DNA of 63,915 nt, counting the filler, from Bigelowiella natans CCMP2755 (lineage: Eukaryota; Protista; Cercozoa), in the NCBI GenBank assembly GCA_000320545.1. It is 7 parts of 7 records of this genome, joined end to end, with 100 filler letters (N's around TTAATTAATTAA, not from the genome) between each part and the next. Parts side by side here need not be neighbours in the genome. Positions count along the whole stretch, not along the records: positions 1 to 24,307 come from ADNK01001094.1; 6 more parts are not named here. The stretch is one strand, 5' to 3'. The notes beneath the pieces were generated by a model that worked only from the letters and a program-made list of their open reading frames with translations, searched no databases and had not been told where the DNA came from. Shown here in pieces: positions 1-12,309 of the stretch. Each line of letters starts with the position of its first letter. The stretch's first letter is position 1. Position numbers and translations under genes: made by a program.

Positions 1-128
1 TCCTCCTCCTCCTACGCCAGAATCGATTTATATATATATATGCAGTGCTGTTGCTGCATCCTGATTTAATATGACCGGTATCTTATCCCTCCTCCTCCTC
101 CTCCTCCTCCTCCTCCCTAATGTACAGC

Positions 129-459
129 TTCTCATCATCATCGTCGCCATCGTCGTCGTCGCCTATCACACCGTCGCTTCCTCTGCCGGCACACGTCTCC
201 AGCAGCGCCCTTCCTGATGTGATAATCGTCGATGAGGTTGGCTCGATCAAAGTAGAGGTTCTAAGAGCGATTGTAAGGGAAACTTTTTCCTCCTCCTCGT
301 CCTCCTCCCCCTCCTTATCGAGCGATCTGCATCATCATCCTTGCAGTAGGAGTAGTAGTAGTAGTAGTAGTAGCAGCAGCAGCAGTAGTGGTAGGCAAAG
401 AAAGGGTCCTTCACTCTGGCTATCGGGCACTAGCGATGGGGTATGTTCGCGTGTGTGTG

Positions 460-494
<35 letters not shown>

Positions 495-656
495 CATATT
501 CGAAATGCGTATTACCCCTCGCACTCGTGCATCGTCGTTTATATACGCGCTCTACTACGGCCAAAAGGTGGAGGGCACAGGGCAGGCGGTCTTACAGAAG
601 GTCCTTGGCGAAATTGGTAGGAGAACCAGCGAATCCCCTCCCTGCCATATTATACA

Positions 657-688
<32 letters not shown>

Positions 689-823
689 TTGTATTTACAT
701 TAAAGGCGGCAAGAAAGAGAACGCTTGCTATGGACGGTGGGTGCGATGCTTAACGCTTCTTGAGCCGCTGCGGTGGGGGAAGGACGACCCGCTGGAGAAT
801 GCATTGCGGTAGTAATGATATTG

Positions 824-856
<33 letters not shown>

Positions 857-1489
857 CTTTATAATAATAATAATGATAGTAATAAGAATAATACGACTGC
901 ATTCGATCGGCTTCATTCCTCCCCCCCCCCCCGCCCCCCCTCTCTCTCTCTATCTCCCTCCCTCTCTAAACCTCTGTTTCTATTCAGGAAAGCGCTATGC
1001 TGCCCCCCACTGTCGCTGTACACTCCTCCGTCTGCTGCCTCCTCCCCCCCGTCCTCCCACCGGCAGCGCTCCTCCATTGTAATTCCCTCCAGCTCCGGAA
1101 GAGAGAATGGGGATGGGGAGGAGGCGGTTCTTCGCAGAGTTAACACTACCGCACTCTTTGGGAGCAGCTACCACTGCGATGACGACAATGGAGAGCATCA
1201 CGAACAGGAGGAGGTGTAACAGATAGAACATTTAGACCCCATTCATGAACCGTCGCATGGTCTTGTCTCAGTTGCAGAGCCCCGCACCCTGCCGATTTTG
1301 ATGATGACGATGATGATAATTATGATTACGATGAATCGATAATACGGTGATGTGTGCCCAGGTTGTTCTCGAAAGCATTGTCCAGCTATTCGGTGCTGTG
1401 TGTCATTCATTCGTTCATAATATTTTTGATATACTATAGAAGAAGAAAAGAAGAAGAGAGGAAATAATAGGCGTTAGTTCGTTCAACAC

Positions 1490-1531
<42 letters not shown>

Positions 1532-1800
1532 CACACACATACACACACACACACACCTTTTCACTCATTAATGTGTGTTTCCATGCATGTGTCTGCACCC
1601 TCACTTTCTCAGCCAATACGCACTACAGAAGCTCCCCAAATGATATGATGGTAGTAGCCATCGTCGTAGCAGCAGCAGCAGCAATTAGTAGTAGTAGTAG
1701 TAGTAGTAATAGTAGTTTTGTGAGACATTGGCGGTGCTGCTAATCGCGACGGCAACGACGACGATGATGGTCATAATGATGGAGAGAAGGGGGAGGGGGG

Positions 1801-1841
<41 letters not shown>

Positions 1842-2319
1842 CGGTCATTGGAATCATTATAAATTGCATATACCACCACAGATGCTCTGCGACTCGCCCC
1901 ATCATCACCTCTTCGCGCTGTTCCTTCCCAGGCCTCCTGTGGCCCGCAGCGGCGACAGAGAGGGGGGGGAGGAAGATCGAAGGTTTCGCCATAGTCATCA
2001 TCGGCGAATGGACATTGTCTGTGTCTTACACGTCGCTTACGAGGGCGGCCTTCCAAAGGACTCTGCAGCTAACATGCGGAGGAGGTTAGCTGTCCTGGCA
2101 AGATTGCAGTATAGTAGTTGTAGTAGTAGTAGTAGCAGTGGTAGTAGTAGTAGTAGTGGTGGTAGTGGTAGCGTCGTCGTTGTCATCGGAAGTAGTTTAT
2201 CATTGTTAAGGGGGGAGAGAGAAGAGGAGAAGAGCCGGAAGATGATGATAATGGTCATGGTGATGGGGGGAGGAGGAGGGAGTGTTGTTTTGACCACGAG
2301 CATAACAATAACTCTCCTC

Positions 2320-2368
<49 letters not shown>

Positions 2369-2740
2369 GTTGGTTGATGTCGTTAGTCATGCCCCTGCCG
2401 GGGACCTCATTCCTTGGACTACTTACCGGTCGGGGGCGCATAGAAGAAAGGATGGGAGGAGGGGATGGGAGGAGAGGGGGAGGGAGGGAAGAAAGGGGTG
2501 AAAAATATAGGAGGAGAGGACTCTCTCCATGATGTTAGCAGGATGTATGCTGATCAGCCAATTCTAAGAGTAGTAACCATCTCTCTCGCCCTCTCCCTCC
2601 CCTCCCTCCCTCCCTCCCTTTGGTCTCTTTCTTTCTTGAATCGCCCAGGCAAAGCCTGGACCCTCAGTGGCTGACCTCAGAAGGCTGTCGCATCGTCCGC
2701 ATCGCTGTACCAGTCAACATCCAAAACCGAGGTCACTTCC

Positions 2741-2787
<47 letters not shown>

Positions 2788-3316
2788 TCTCTTTCTCTCC
2801 CCCCCCCCCTTTTACGCATTATCCCTATCTGCACTGTATGCATGACCGCTTTTCCTCTGCTCCGTATTGGTAACATAACCTTCTTTGCTCTGTCGCGAAC
2901 GATTATGATGATGAAAAGGATGTTGGTGATGATGGTGACGATACAGGATTTGGGAGCTCCGCCATCCAGCTACTTGAGTCCGCTCTTTCCACCAACCACC
3001 AACTCCCAAGAAAGCATGAATCGTGTGGGCGTCTTAGTGGCAGCTCTCCAAAGACGGGGAAGGAGGAATCTGGTTCCCTCCTGATTCTTTCGCCAGAAGC
3101 ACCGTTATCATCATCGTCGTCGTCTTCTTCTTACGAGAGACGGAGTGGAAGAGCATGCAAGTGGTTGGGGGTCGCATTTGGCGTGACAGGTGAACGAATC
3201 ATCATCGCTCAGAATTGAGTAGTATATCACTGCTGCTACCTGTCTTTTGTAGCGATTAATTGTTGCGCTGTTTCATGAAAGGTTCCTCTCCTCTTCTATC
3301 CTCTTCTATCCCCCCC

Positions 3317-3354
<38 letters not shown>

Positions 3355-4229
3355 CGTTTTGCTCGCTTGCAGAGCACTCTGGATCGGCGACATAACAATG
3401 CTTTGCGAACAGGCCCCTTAGTCCGCTTCTGGAAGAGAGCTGGCTTTGACGTCGTGTACCTTCGTCAAACGCTGCACTTCGCCACAGGTGGGTTTTGGAC
3501 ATGCTGGTTAAATTGTTGTTCTCGCCGTTGCCATTGCCAAAGAAAGATGGCCTGGATCGTCGCTCATCGCGCCCAACCACTGCACTTTGGTGTGCATGAG
3601 CAGGTGAGCTGAGCTCTATCTTCGTCAAGGCCCTCGATCGTGACGTCGATGGGAGTCACGGCCCTCCTCCGTGCAGCGGTCGCCCTCCTACCCACAAGGC
3701 GGCTGCGGGGTGGATACAACGCTCAGGTAAGTAGTAGGCTTGCCTCGCCGACTATAGGAATTCTTTTCGTGTTTTGGAGGTGTTGGTGCTTGTGTGTGCG
3801 GGTGTGCATCTTTGGGGGGTTCTCTTGACCATATCCGTCCGCATCCTCGTTTATGTGCATGTATGTGAATATATGGTTTGTGCGCACAATTCCTTGATGT
3901 AACGTGGCTTTCTGTGTGCTACTGCTGCTGCTACTACAGTTGACAGGTATAGGAAGCGATTCTGTGTCCTGCTCTCCTTCGCATTATCACATCTCATCTC
4001 GCCCCACCTGGCCTTGGAGCTCCTTCTCCCCTCCCAACTCCCGCACGCGCGCGAAGCTACTGCGATTCAACGTGCATCAGGAGCGCGGGCTTCGTTGTCG
4101 TCATCGTCATCGTCGACTCAGCTACAGCAGCCTTACCAAAGGGAGGTGATTGGAGTTACGGAGGACGAGTGGGCGCGCTTAGAGGCTTACGTCAAAGGCC
4201 AGCTCGGTTCGATTCTTGTCCTGTATAAA

Positions 4230-4277
<48 letters not shown>

Positions 4278-4777
4278 CTTCCGAGTAGTGACGGCTCAAA
4301 ACGGCACTAATTATGTTCTATTTACGGGCGCGATGACTCGTAATGCCCCTACTGTAAGGAAAGGACTACATAAAACAAAAAATCATACAAATGATTACAT
4401 TGCCCTGTTGAACCAAAGGAGGAATTAATAGGAGGAAATAATGGGAGAAAATCATTGCTTTTTTTAAATTGAAACCATGGAAATGAATGACGCTGCTCCG
4501 AACAGATTACCACACCATCCTGGACTCGCTGCCGGCTCTCGCGACAGCACATTTTTGCCGCTTCCTGCTTCAAACTCCCCCCCCCTCCAACAGCCATCCC
4601 CGAAGAAAGCCCGTCGTCGTCCATTTCTCTCACTTAGAACAGGCTGTTCTTCTTGCCGTCGCCCTCCAAAGAAAATCCGTGGAAAGAGCTGCGGGGGCGC
4701 TGAATCTAGGTGGGACCTGTACCGTTGTATGATAGAAATATTTTATGTTTTATCAGTATTGTCTGAGCGCTCTCCCT

Positions 4778-4831
<54 letters not shown>

Positions 4832-5070
4832 TTCTCTCTTTCTCCTACTTGTCATTGTTTTTGTGTTGTTCTTGTTGTTGTTCTTGTTATTGCGAAGATG
4901 TGGCATCAATTCTCAGACTACTGTATGGCGTAATTTGTAAGGTACGTGCTACAATACGCACGTCCCTTTACACGAACTCCCACAAAATCAACATGTTCAA
5001 TATTCGACGTGTGCACTATCTTATATCCAAAATGCTCTGGCTTCAGGTGATGAAAGAAGCTCGTACGTGA
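129..5070 (+). CDS. NAT10: Divergent RNA cytidine acetyltransferase NAT10/Kre33-like, multi-exon, 5' end outside window
   Basis: Spliced exons give ordered NAT10 motifs: VIIVDEVGSI (Walker B-like), SGTSDG|VEGTG, EPLRWGKDDPLE, THYRSSPNDMM|MLCDSPHHHLF, GDLIPWT, RIVRIAV..QNRG|FGS (acetyl-CoA motif A), WLGVAFGVT, FWKRAGFDVVYLRQ, TG|ELSSIFVKAL, DYHTILDSLP, EQAVLLAVALQRKSVE. Stop TGA at 5068-5070. Confidence 0.9.
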
Positions 5071-6581
5071 GCATCAGTGCTGCACAAGTAAAAAGTAATC
5101 ATCATGATCACATGTGGTGCGATGCGATGAAGAGTGCTGCGTGATTGCGCGCAAGCGATGCTGCCATCTTTGCTTACCACTTCAAACTGCAGACAAAATG
5201 TGTGAAGCAGGAAATTGAGAGTTTGAGAAAGAAGCAGACTGTGCATCGTTGCACGATGAATCCAGCGTCGGCTTTCAAGACCACTGCTTGAGCCTCATTT
5301 GCTTTTGTTGCAGCGACTGCGCCAGCAAAGGCAGGCGCAATGCTGTAGAATGGCCCATATACATGCATGAAAAGATTCGCACTTGCTTAGTTTTTTGTCG
5401 GCTGTGCTGGCAAATTAGAAGCTTGCTACACCGTGTCAGACCGGAGGAGGTGTAGTGGTCGCTTTCCTACCCATGTTAGCCAGCATGCAGGCGGCTGCGG
5501 GGTGGATACAACGCTCAGGTAAGTAGTAGGCTGCCTCGCCGACTATAGGAATTCTTTTCATGTTTTTTGGAAGTGTTGGTGCTTATGTGTGCGGGTGTGC
5601 AGTTCTCTTGACCATCATGCATATCCGCCACATCCTCGTACCAAGCATGGCACGCTAGCACGTGCTGACACACCGTGCACGTGCGTGAACATGCACAAAG
5701 CTAGAAAGCTAGAAAGCACACGCACGCCACACTGCTAGACTGGCACAACGCCTGTGCGTGCACACATTCTGGCGTTCTGCGGACTGACACATGCTAGCAT
5801 GCCCGCACACTCATTTGTTTGCATGCAGGTTCAGCAGAAACAAACAGTGTTGTTGCGGGCTATATATACTGGCAGTGCGCAGATGCAGATCGACGGGCGC
5901 CATGCTAGCATGCGCGACACAGCTAGACAGACATCGATCGATGAGATGAGAATTTTGATGCTTTCAAAAATGCATATGGAGCACATGATGGCAGAGACAA
6001 GTACGATACAACACTGCAAGCGCTGCAGCCGCTCTAGCACTGTCTGTTTGCACAGCTACATAAACAGCGCAGGATGATACAATTGAACAGATTTAATTCA
6101 TTCATCAATTGCATCCGTCTCACAACACATGCACCTGCATGCCACTGCGCATGTGCACGCACCTCTGTCTGACCTGTCAAGACTTTGAACTAAGTTAAAA
6201 AAGGATGCATCATCGCAATGATTGCACGTGACACATGACGCGTTGCAACGATGAAATGACCTATTGTGGACAACGCAATGTGACATGTGCACATGTTTTC
6301 ATGGTGTGTGCAACATTGCTGTGCGTCCATTGTGCCCCACGAAACCACAAAATGTAGACAATGTGTGCATGATACACACCATGCACAATGTGTACTATGT
6401 CCGCCATTGTACAATGACACTAGAACATTGGGCACTACAGATGATTGTAGACACCCCGCAATGTGCAATGTGCACCCAACATCACTGTGTCTGTTCGTAG
6501 TGATGAGTACACATGTGTAATCTACCGTGCTAGTAATGATGAGGATGCATGATGAAATGTGGCTCACCCGTGCCACTTAAG
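5071..6581. other. Palindrome-word-rich intergenic island between convergent NAT10 and FBH1, containing captured gene fragments
   Basis: Dense CATG/TGCA/CTAG words; CATGCTAGCATG at 5790-5801 and 5901-5912; degenerate copy of 3671-3850 at 5450-5639. Confidence 0.8.
5450..5639 (+). repeat. Degenerate direct copy of the NAT10 exon 3' end, splice donor and intron start (3671-3850)
   Basis: Shared core aggcggctgcggggtggatacaacgctcaggtaagtagtaggc...gactataggaattcttttc, visible at both positions. Confidence 0.95.
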
Positions 6582-8434
6582 CTACTCCAGACTCAGTGCC
6601 TCCTCAGCCATCTGCACGCTGAGTGTCGCCTCGTCTTGGTGATCGCTTTCGACAACATTGGTCACATGCTTTGTTAAGGTTTTATTGAGATACAAATACT
6701 TCTTCGCGCGGGTCATCGCTACGTATTGAATGTGGATTTCCTCCGCGAGGGCGTCCCTGTTCCTCTCCATGACCTCCTCCGGGAGGTTGAAGAGATCGGG
6801 GAAGTCGTCCCCAAGTTTCACATGATCCCATTCCAGCCCCTTCGCCTTGTGCGTGGTGGTGAGGGTCACGTAGGCGTACTTCCGGTTGATGATCGCCTTC
6901 TTGCGTATCCGTTTGATGAGCAGTGGGATGTCATCGCCGTACTTCTTCGCAACCTCGCAGGCGCTGAGCAGCCCACTGTCGTCCGTCGCCTTGGCGTAGT
7001 CGACGAGCGCGGTGAACGCCTCGGCCGCGTTCTTGGTCCGGGTGGATTTGGCGAAGCGTTTGACGTTCCATCTCTTCAGCTCGGTCCAGTGCCCTGCCAC
7101 CAGGTTGTACACGTCCAGGATGATGTCGAAGCTGTAGCTGTCGATGCCGCCGACGAACCCAATCCCGCCGCGCTTCGACCGAATGGGGTCCTCGATGAAG
7201 TTGGCCGCCTCGGCGAAGAGCCCAACGTTGCTGCGGCAGATGCACGTGTGCGGGGCCTCGATGACGGCCGAGCCGTGCTGGCCGTCTGCTGCTGGGACGA
7301 ACGGGATTATCCTCGTTCTCCTGGTCTCGACGCCGAAGAGGAACGACTTGATCCTTCCCATCGCCTGTAGGTACTTGGAGGAGAAGAAGGCCAGCGAGGA
7401 GCCGAAGCGGAAGCTCCTCGACAGATGGAACTCCCAATTAGCCACCACCTTTTGGAGGATCCCCTCCCCTCCCAGGAACGAGTAGATCTGTTGGTTGGGG
7501 TCTCCGACGATGAACTTGGGGACCTTTTGCCGTAGTAACAGGCTGCAGATAGCGTCGTTGCAGTCTTGGGCCTCATCAACTAGGATCACGTCGTAGTCTC
7601 GAGACAAGTCGGGCTTGGAGAGCTGGTAGAGCTTCAGATACCCGTCGTGCGTCATCCCGACCTTTTTGTCGTTCCTGTCCTTCATCGCCCGCCAGTAGGC
7701 AGTAGCCAAGGCCAGATAGTCCGCCTTGCCGTGCAGCTTGCGTTTCACAGCCCTCTCGACGTGTTGCTGCTGGATCAACTCGTCGCTCGAGATGAGGAAT
7801 TCCTGGACGACCATCTGCACCAGCCTCTCCTGCGTTAGATCGCCAAACTTCCCCCCGGTGAAGGAGAAGTCCGCCCTCAGCTTCGCCCTGTAGGACCACC
7901 CGACCTTGCGGTAGGCGATCTTGTGGATGTTTCGGCAGTGGACGTTGCTTGGGAAGGAGCGGCTGGCCTCCTCCCCGACTGAGGCGTTGTACGTGATGTA
8001 CAGGAACTCCACGTCCGGGCGCGCCCGGGCGTAGGCCCGGAGCAGCGTCGTTTTGCCGGAGCCTGCACACGCGATCACCTTGAGGACTTTGTCCCCGCGC
8101 ATGTCCTTCCGGACGATGCGTGCTTGCTCCGAGGTGAGCCTCACGCTGCCCTCGAATACCGGGAAGTCCAGTTGGTAGGACCGGAGCGCCGCCTCCAACT
8201 CGAAGGCACACCGCAGCTGAGCCCCCCTCCCAGGGATGACTTCTGCCTGCAATGTCCGCGCGACGAAGTACAGGCAGTCCAGCGTTCTCGCCCTGGCAGC
8301 GCCGAAGAAGTGCCCCAAGGTGGACTTCACGATATGCCCGATCTAACAACAAATACCATCATCGACCGCATCAGAAGGAGGTGGCGGGGGGATAGTAGAT
8401 GATGAATTTTCAGATTGTCGCGCATCTATGGTGG

Positions 8435-8470
<36 letters not shown>

Positions 8471-8754
8471 CTTGGATGGCTTTGAAACCAGGATCACAAG
8501 GAACAGAAGCTGCAGTCCGTTGGAGGAGTCGTCCCACAGTTGATATCTCTCTTGGCTGATGATGGTGTCCTCTCCTTTTAGAAGGGCAGCTCCCCGTTTC
8601 TGCAATTCTACGGGAGGAGGAGGAGCAGGAGGAGGAAGAGGAGAAGGACGGACAGACGAAGCAAGGAGGAAGGGAGTGAGAGGAGCGTGGAGAAGAGTAT
8701 AGCTACACTTAAACTTGCTTTGTTGAGAATGAATACGAACATTGGGAAGGTAAA

Positions 8755-8805
<51 letters not shown>

Positions 8806-8818
8806 ATATATATAGAAT

Positions 8819-8873
<55 letters not shown>

Positions 8874-9122
8874 TACCATAACGACCATCAACTACTAACC
8901 CACAACACCACCATCGCCAAACTGCCAGCTCGCACCTGGGAGCTTATCGAGGCTCTCTTCCTTTCCATTCCTAGGAAGCCCTGTTTCACCGGCTTCATTC
9001 GCACGCAGCAGCGTGTTGTGCAGGCTATCACACATTAGATCTAGAGAAAGCAAATATCGTGGCAGAAATGGGGTGGATGTGAGGTGTGTAGGAATGAATA
9101 AGGAGACTCCTTTTCAGTCCTC

Positions 9123-9161
<39 letters not shown>

Positions 9162-10984
9162 ATATTTAGTTGTTGTTGCCATCAATGCACTTAGCGATAA
9201 ATCCATCATCATGACAACCAACCAACTAGATTGTTATTATTACCAAATTTTGCCGCCTTGGAGACTCTCCCCGGTCCGGCGATGTCTGCGACAACTTTCT
9301 TCAGCAAGTCCACAGTTGGTGTTCCGAGGCCGAAGTTGGCATGGACAGCCTGAAATACCACGCATAGTAATTTTCGGATACCCAAAGCGAGCAATCGTTC
9401 ATTTTCTATCCCCACCCCCCCATACTGGCTTAGTTTAGAGACATTAGGGCTCATCGCCATCATCGTTATCGTCATGATCATTCATGACCATCATCATCAT
9501 CACCAATCTCTTCAGAATGTCTCGGATACTCATGGGACTGCTACTGCTTGGTAAGGCTGTGAAAAGGTACATATCATGTATGGTGATGATAGTTATGGGA
9601 GAAATGGGAGTGGGGGATGACGATGGTGCAACTGCAAGAAAATAAAATCTTATGGAAATGGCACTACTCGTGAGCAGAACCTCCCAATTGTTCCTCTTTC
9701 CTCTCTGTCTCCCCTCCCCCCCCCCCCCCCCTTCCCCCCTCTCTATCTCTCGCTCCGGTAGGAACGTTACGTTCTCTGAGAAGGAAAGCACGTCGATTAG
9801 GCATGAATCCCTGCATCGCCCTTCGCCACCTACGATAAGGACACACAACCGTTGGTGTCTCTCGTTACGTGACAGGTCTTTGTGGGGCTTCTTTCTGCAT
9901 GTGCCTATCTGCATCTTAAGAACAACAACCTCTTGCACACGACCGGAGCGGCGTTTAAGTCGTCGACGTCGTCCAGGTAGAAAAGCATCACACGCAGGAT
10001 GGGCAACGACATAGAGAACGCCAGGGCCGCCGTCGTCGTCGTCGTCTTCTTCTTCTTCTCCTTCTTCCCCCCCCCCCCTCTCATGAGGGGAGAGAAGAGA
10101 GTGCACTGTTTCAGCTTTGAAGATGAAGATGATGATAAAGGCCTAGTGCTACTTTGCTTTCTCCGTCCTCCTCGAGGAGGCAGACGCTGAGAGAGGCACT
10201 CGTCCCATGTTGTCCCAAGCTTCGCCTTTGGTAGATATTACAGAGGGAGGGGCAGGGCAAGAAGTCGTGACACATATGTTGGATACAACTAACTTACTGC
10301 TTGTAGCGAGAAGCAAATATAATTTTTTGTATAATTTATCCGCGGGAACGATTGGTTGGAGGAAACAGGAGCAAACTCACGTACTTGTGCCCGAGCCCTT
10401 GCACAAAGGGCCTCGAAGCGCTTGTTTGTCGATTTCCTCTTCAGTTCGCCGTCTTCGCACGCCTTCGCCCAACTCAATACGCACGGAACGCGCGCCTTTC
10501 TCTTGTCATCATCAACGTCAAGGATCTGATACAATGATTACAAATGCATAAGAGGACACAAATTACAGCAACGCAGGAGGTAATAGGCTTGGCACCTGGA
10601 GTGAAAATCGGTACAATCCTATGAGCCCGCTTAAGTGCTTGGCAAGGTCTCGCTCGATGAATCCGATCATGACTCCTGGGTGGGACTTCGTGCCTGATTT
10701 CCCGGAGTTTTCATTTTCCAGCAATGAACAAAAGTAGCAACACGTAACCCGAGGAGGTCATGAATCACTGTCCTATACGAATAATATTTCTTCTGCTATT
10801 TTTATATTCGCCCCTCTTTCTCCCTGCAAACCTTTGTGGACGCCCACAGCGTTGCGATCGAATTGGTTATCAGGGTCGCGTAACAACAGCAGCTCTTGCC
10901 CGACATACAAGCCATCCTATAAATTTCATCGTATCAGCTTCTTCATCGAAAATGGATACCGTATACACACACACACGCACACAC

Positions 10985-11015
<31 letters not shown>

Positions 11016-11872
11016 TACTGAAACAAATTCCATGGAAGTGCAACATATAACTCAACAAATAGCAATTAAACATCATTTACCACTTGATCTTATGACACCA
11101 CCAGATACCTGGTTTTCAGGCCTATATGCCCGCCCAACAACCCAGACAAACAAGCGGGTTCCACCAGCGGCGCTCCTTGTTTCGAAATTATTTGTCAATT
11201 GTCTGGATCCCGGAGTACGCCTGTAGCCGTAAGGTCAGTCTTGATTGTCGAACAAAAGTGAAGTAATCTTGAGATGTGACCTTGAAAGGGGATCTGTTGG
11301 TTTACCCGTGCTGGTGCTACGTTGCTGTCTTTTTGGTGGTGCTGCTAACTTGGCAGAGTGGCATCGCAGGCTGGATGCGAGTTGGAATGCGACGTTAAAA
11401 TCCGCCTCGACATTCTCCTTAAGAGTTAGAACGGCGCAATTAGAATTTGCCAATTGGTCAAGATTTCATGGCTAACCTTCTGCATGGTCAATTCTCCGGC
11501 ATGTGGCGGGTGGTTGGAGTTCCCACCACGACGACTCGCAAAACTAGAGCTCGTTTCTGAATCAGGCAGCGAAGCGGGCCCGCTTCCCAATCTATCACTG
11601 ACATCCCCGTATTTCGATCTGGATTTTGCCGGGGCTTTGAATCGTCTTCTTTTGCTGGATTGCGAGTTTCGAGAGCGTTTTCCTAACCGTGCACGAGCAC
11701 CTAGCTTCCTCGGGATCCTCCTCCTTCCCCTCGCCCTGATTTGATGATGGGAGGCAGCTAGACACTCCTTCCTAATGCCCGCAGATTCGACACCATTTAA
11801 GAAAGATTGATTGCTACCACACCCATCTACTTGTGAGGTGGACCCTGAGTGGCCCTCCCTGTCACTTTGCAT
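6582..11872 (-). CDS. FBH1: F-box DNA helicase 1 (F-box plus UvrD/SF1A helicase), multi-exon with a terminal exon of about 1.75 kb
   Basis: ORF 8330-6582: ACAGSGKTT (Walker A), YITYN, MTHDGYLKLYQL, ILVDEAQD, VGDPNQQIYSF, LSRSFRFG, TTHKAKGLEW, YVAMTRAK. Upstream exons near 10020-9790 splice to an F-box: LPILRVMLFYLDDVDDLNAAPVVCKR|WRRAMQGFMP. Start at 11872 (MQSDREG) is tentative. Confidence 0.88.
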
Positions 11873-12309
11873 GACGGTTCGTCGATGGGGGCGGGAAGAT
11901 GTTTCGGAGGAAAATGAACGGATGAGTGCCGGTGTCAAATAACACAAAATGATGGCGGTTTCTCTATAGCGTCATTCAGACTGATGTTGCTTACTTTACT
12001 AATTACATGAAGAACACGGACTTTCGTCCGGCGTCAAGGCTCCGGCCTTTAAAACGCAGCAAAATCCGCGTGTAAGCTCTCAAAGTCTCTGTTCGGATTC
12101 AACAGGCCAGTAAATCGCGGAAATACGTCGGACTTTCTCAACCGCTTGCGCAGGGTGCGTGAATCTCGGGGAGAGGCCGAAGGCACAGAGAAGAATTTAG
12201 GGCTTCTCTCTGTGCGAAGTTCTCAGGGTATTTTATAGACTCAACCGGCACAATTCCTTCTTTATCCGCATCCGTCCGTGGCATTACGGCTAGTTGAGTC
12301 GGACAGAAG
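11873..12309. promoter_or_regulatory. Putative bidirectional promoter between FBH1 and Pam16
   Basis: About 440 bp between head-to-head start codons; no microsatellites or palindrome-word enrichment. Positional inference only. Confidence 0.4.

Noticed and set aside
5071-6581. Islands as CRISPR-like arrays or a single MITE/Helitron family
   Set aside because: No regular repeat-spacer period, no long homology between islands, no TIRs, TSDs or transposase seen; a Helitron contribution remains untested.
6726-7485. Long antisense and overlapping ORFs over the FBH1 exon (also over 16294-16851)
   Set aside because: Expected shadow ORFs of GC-rich coding sequence; no recognisable motifs.
12183-12215. 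Hairpin gcacagag...ctctgtgc upstream of Pam16
   Set aside because: Short stem with no ncRNA family features; compatible with chance.
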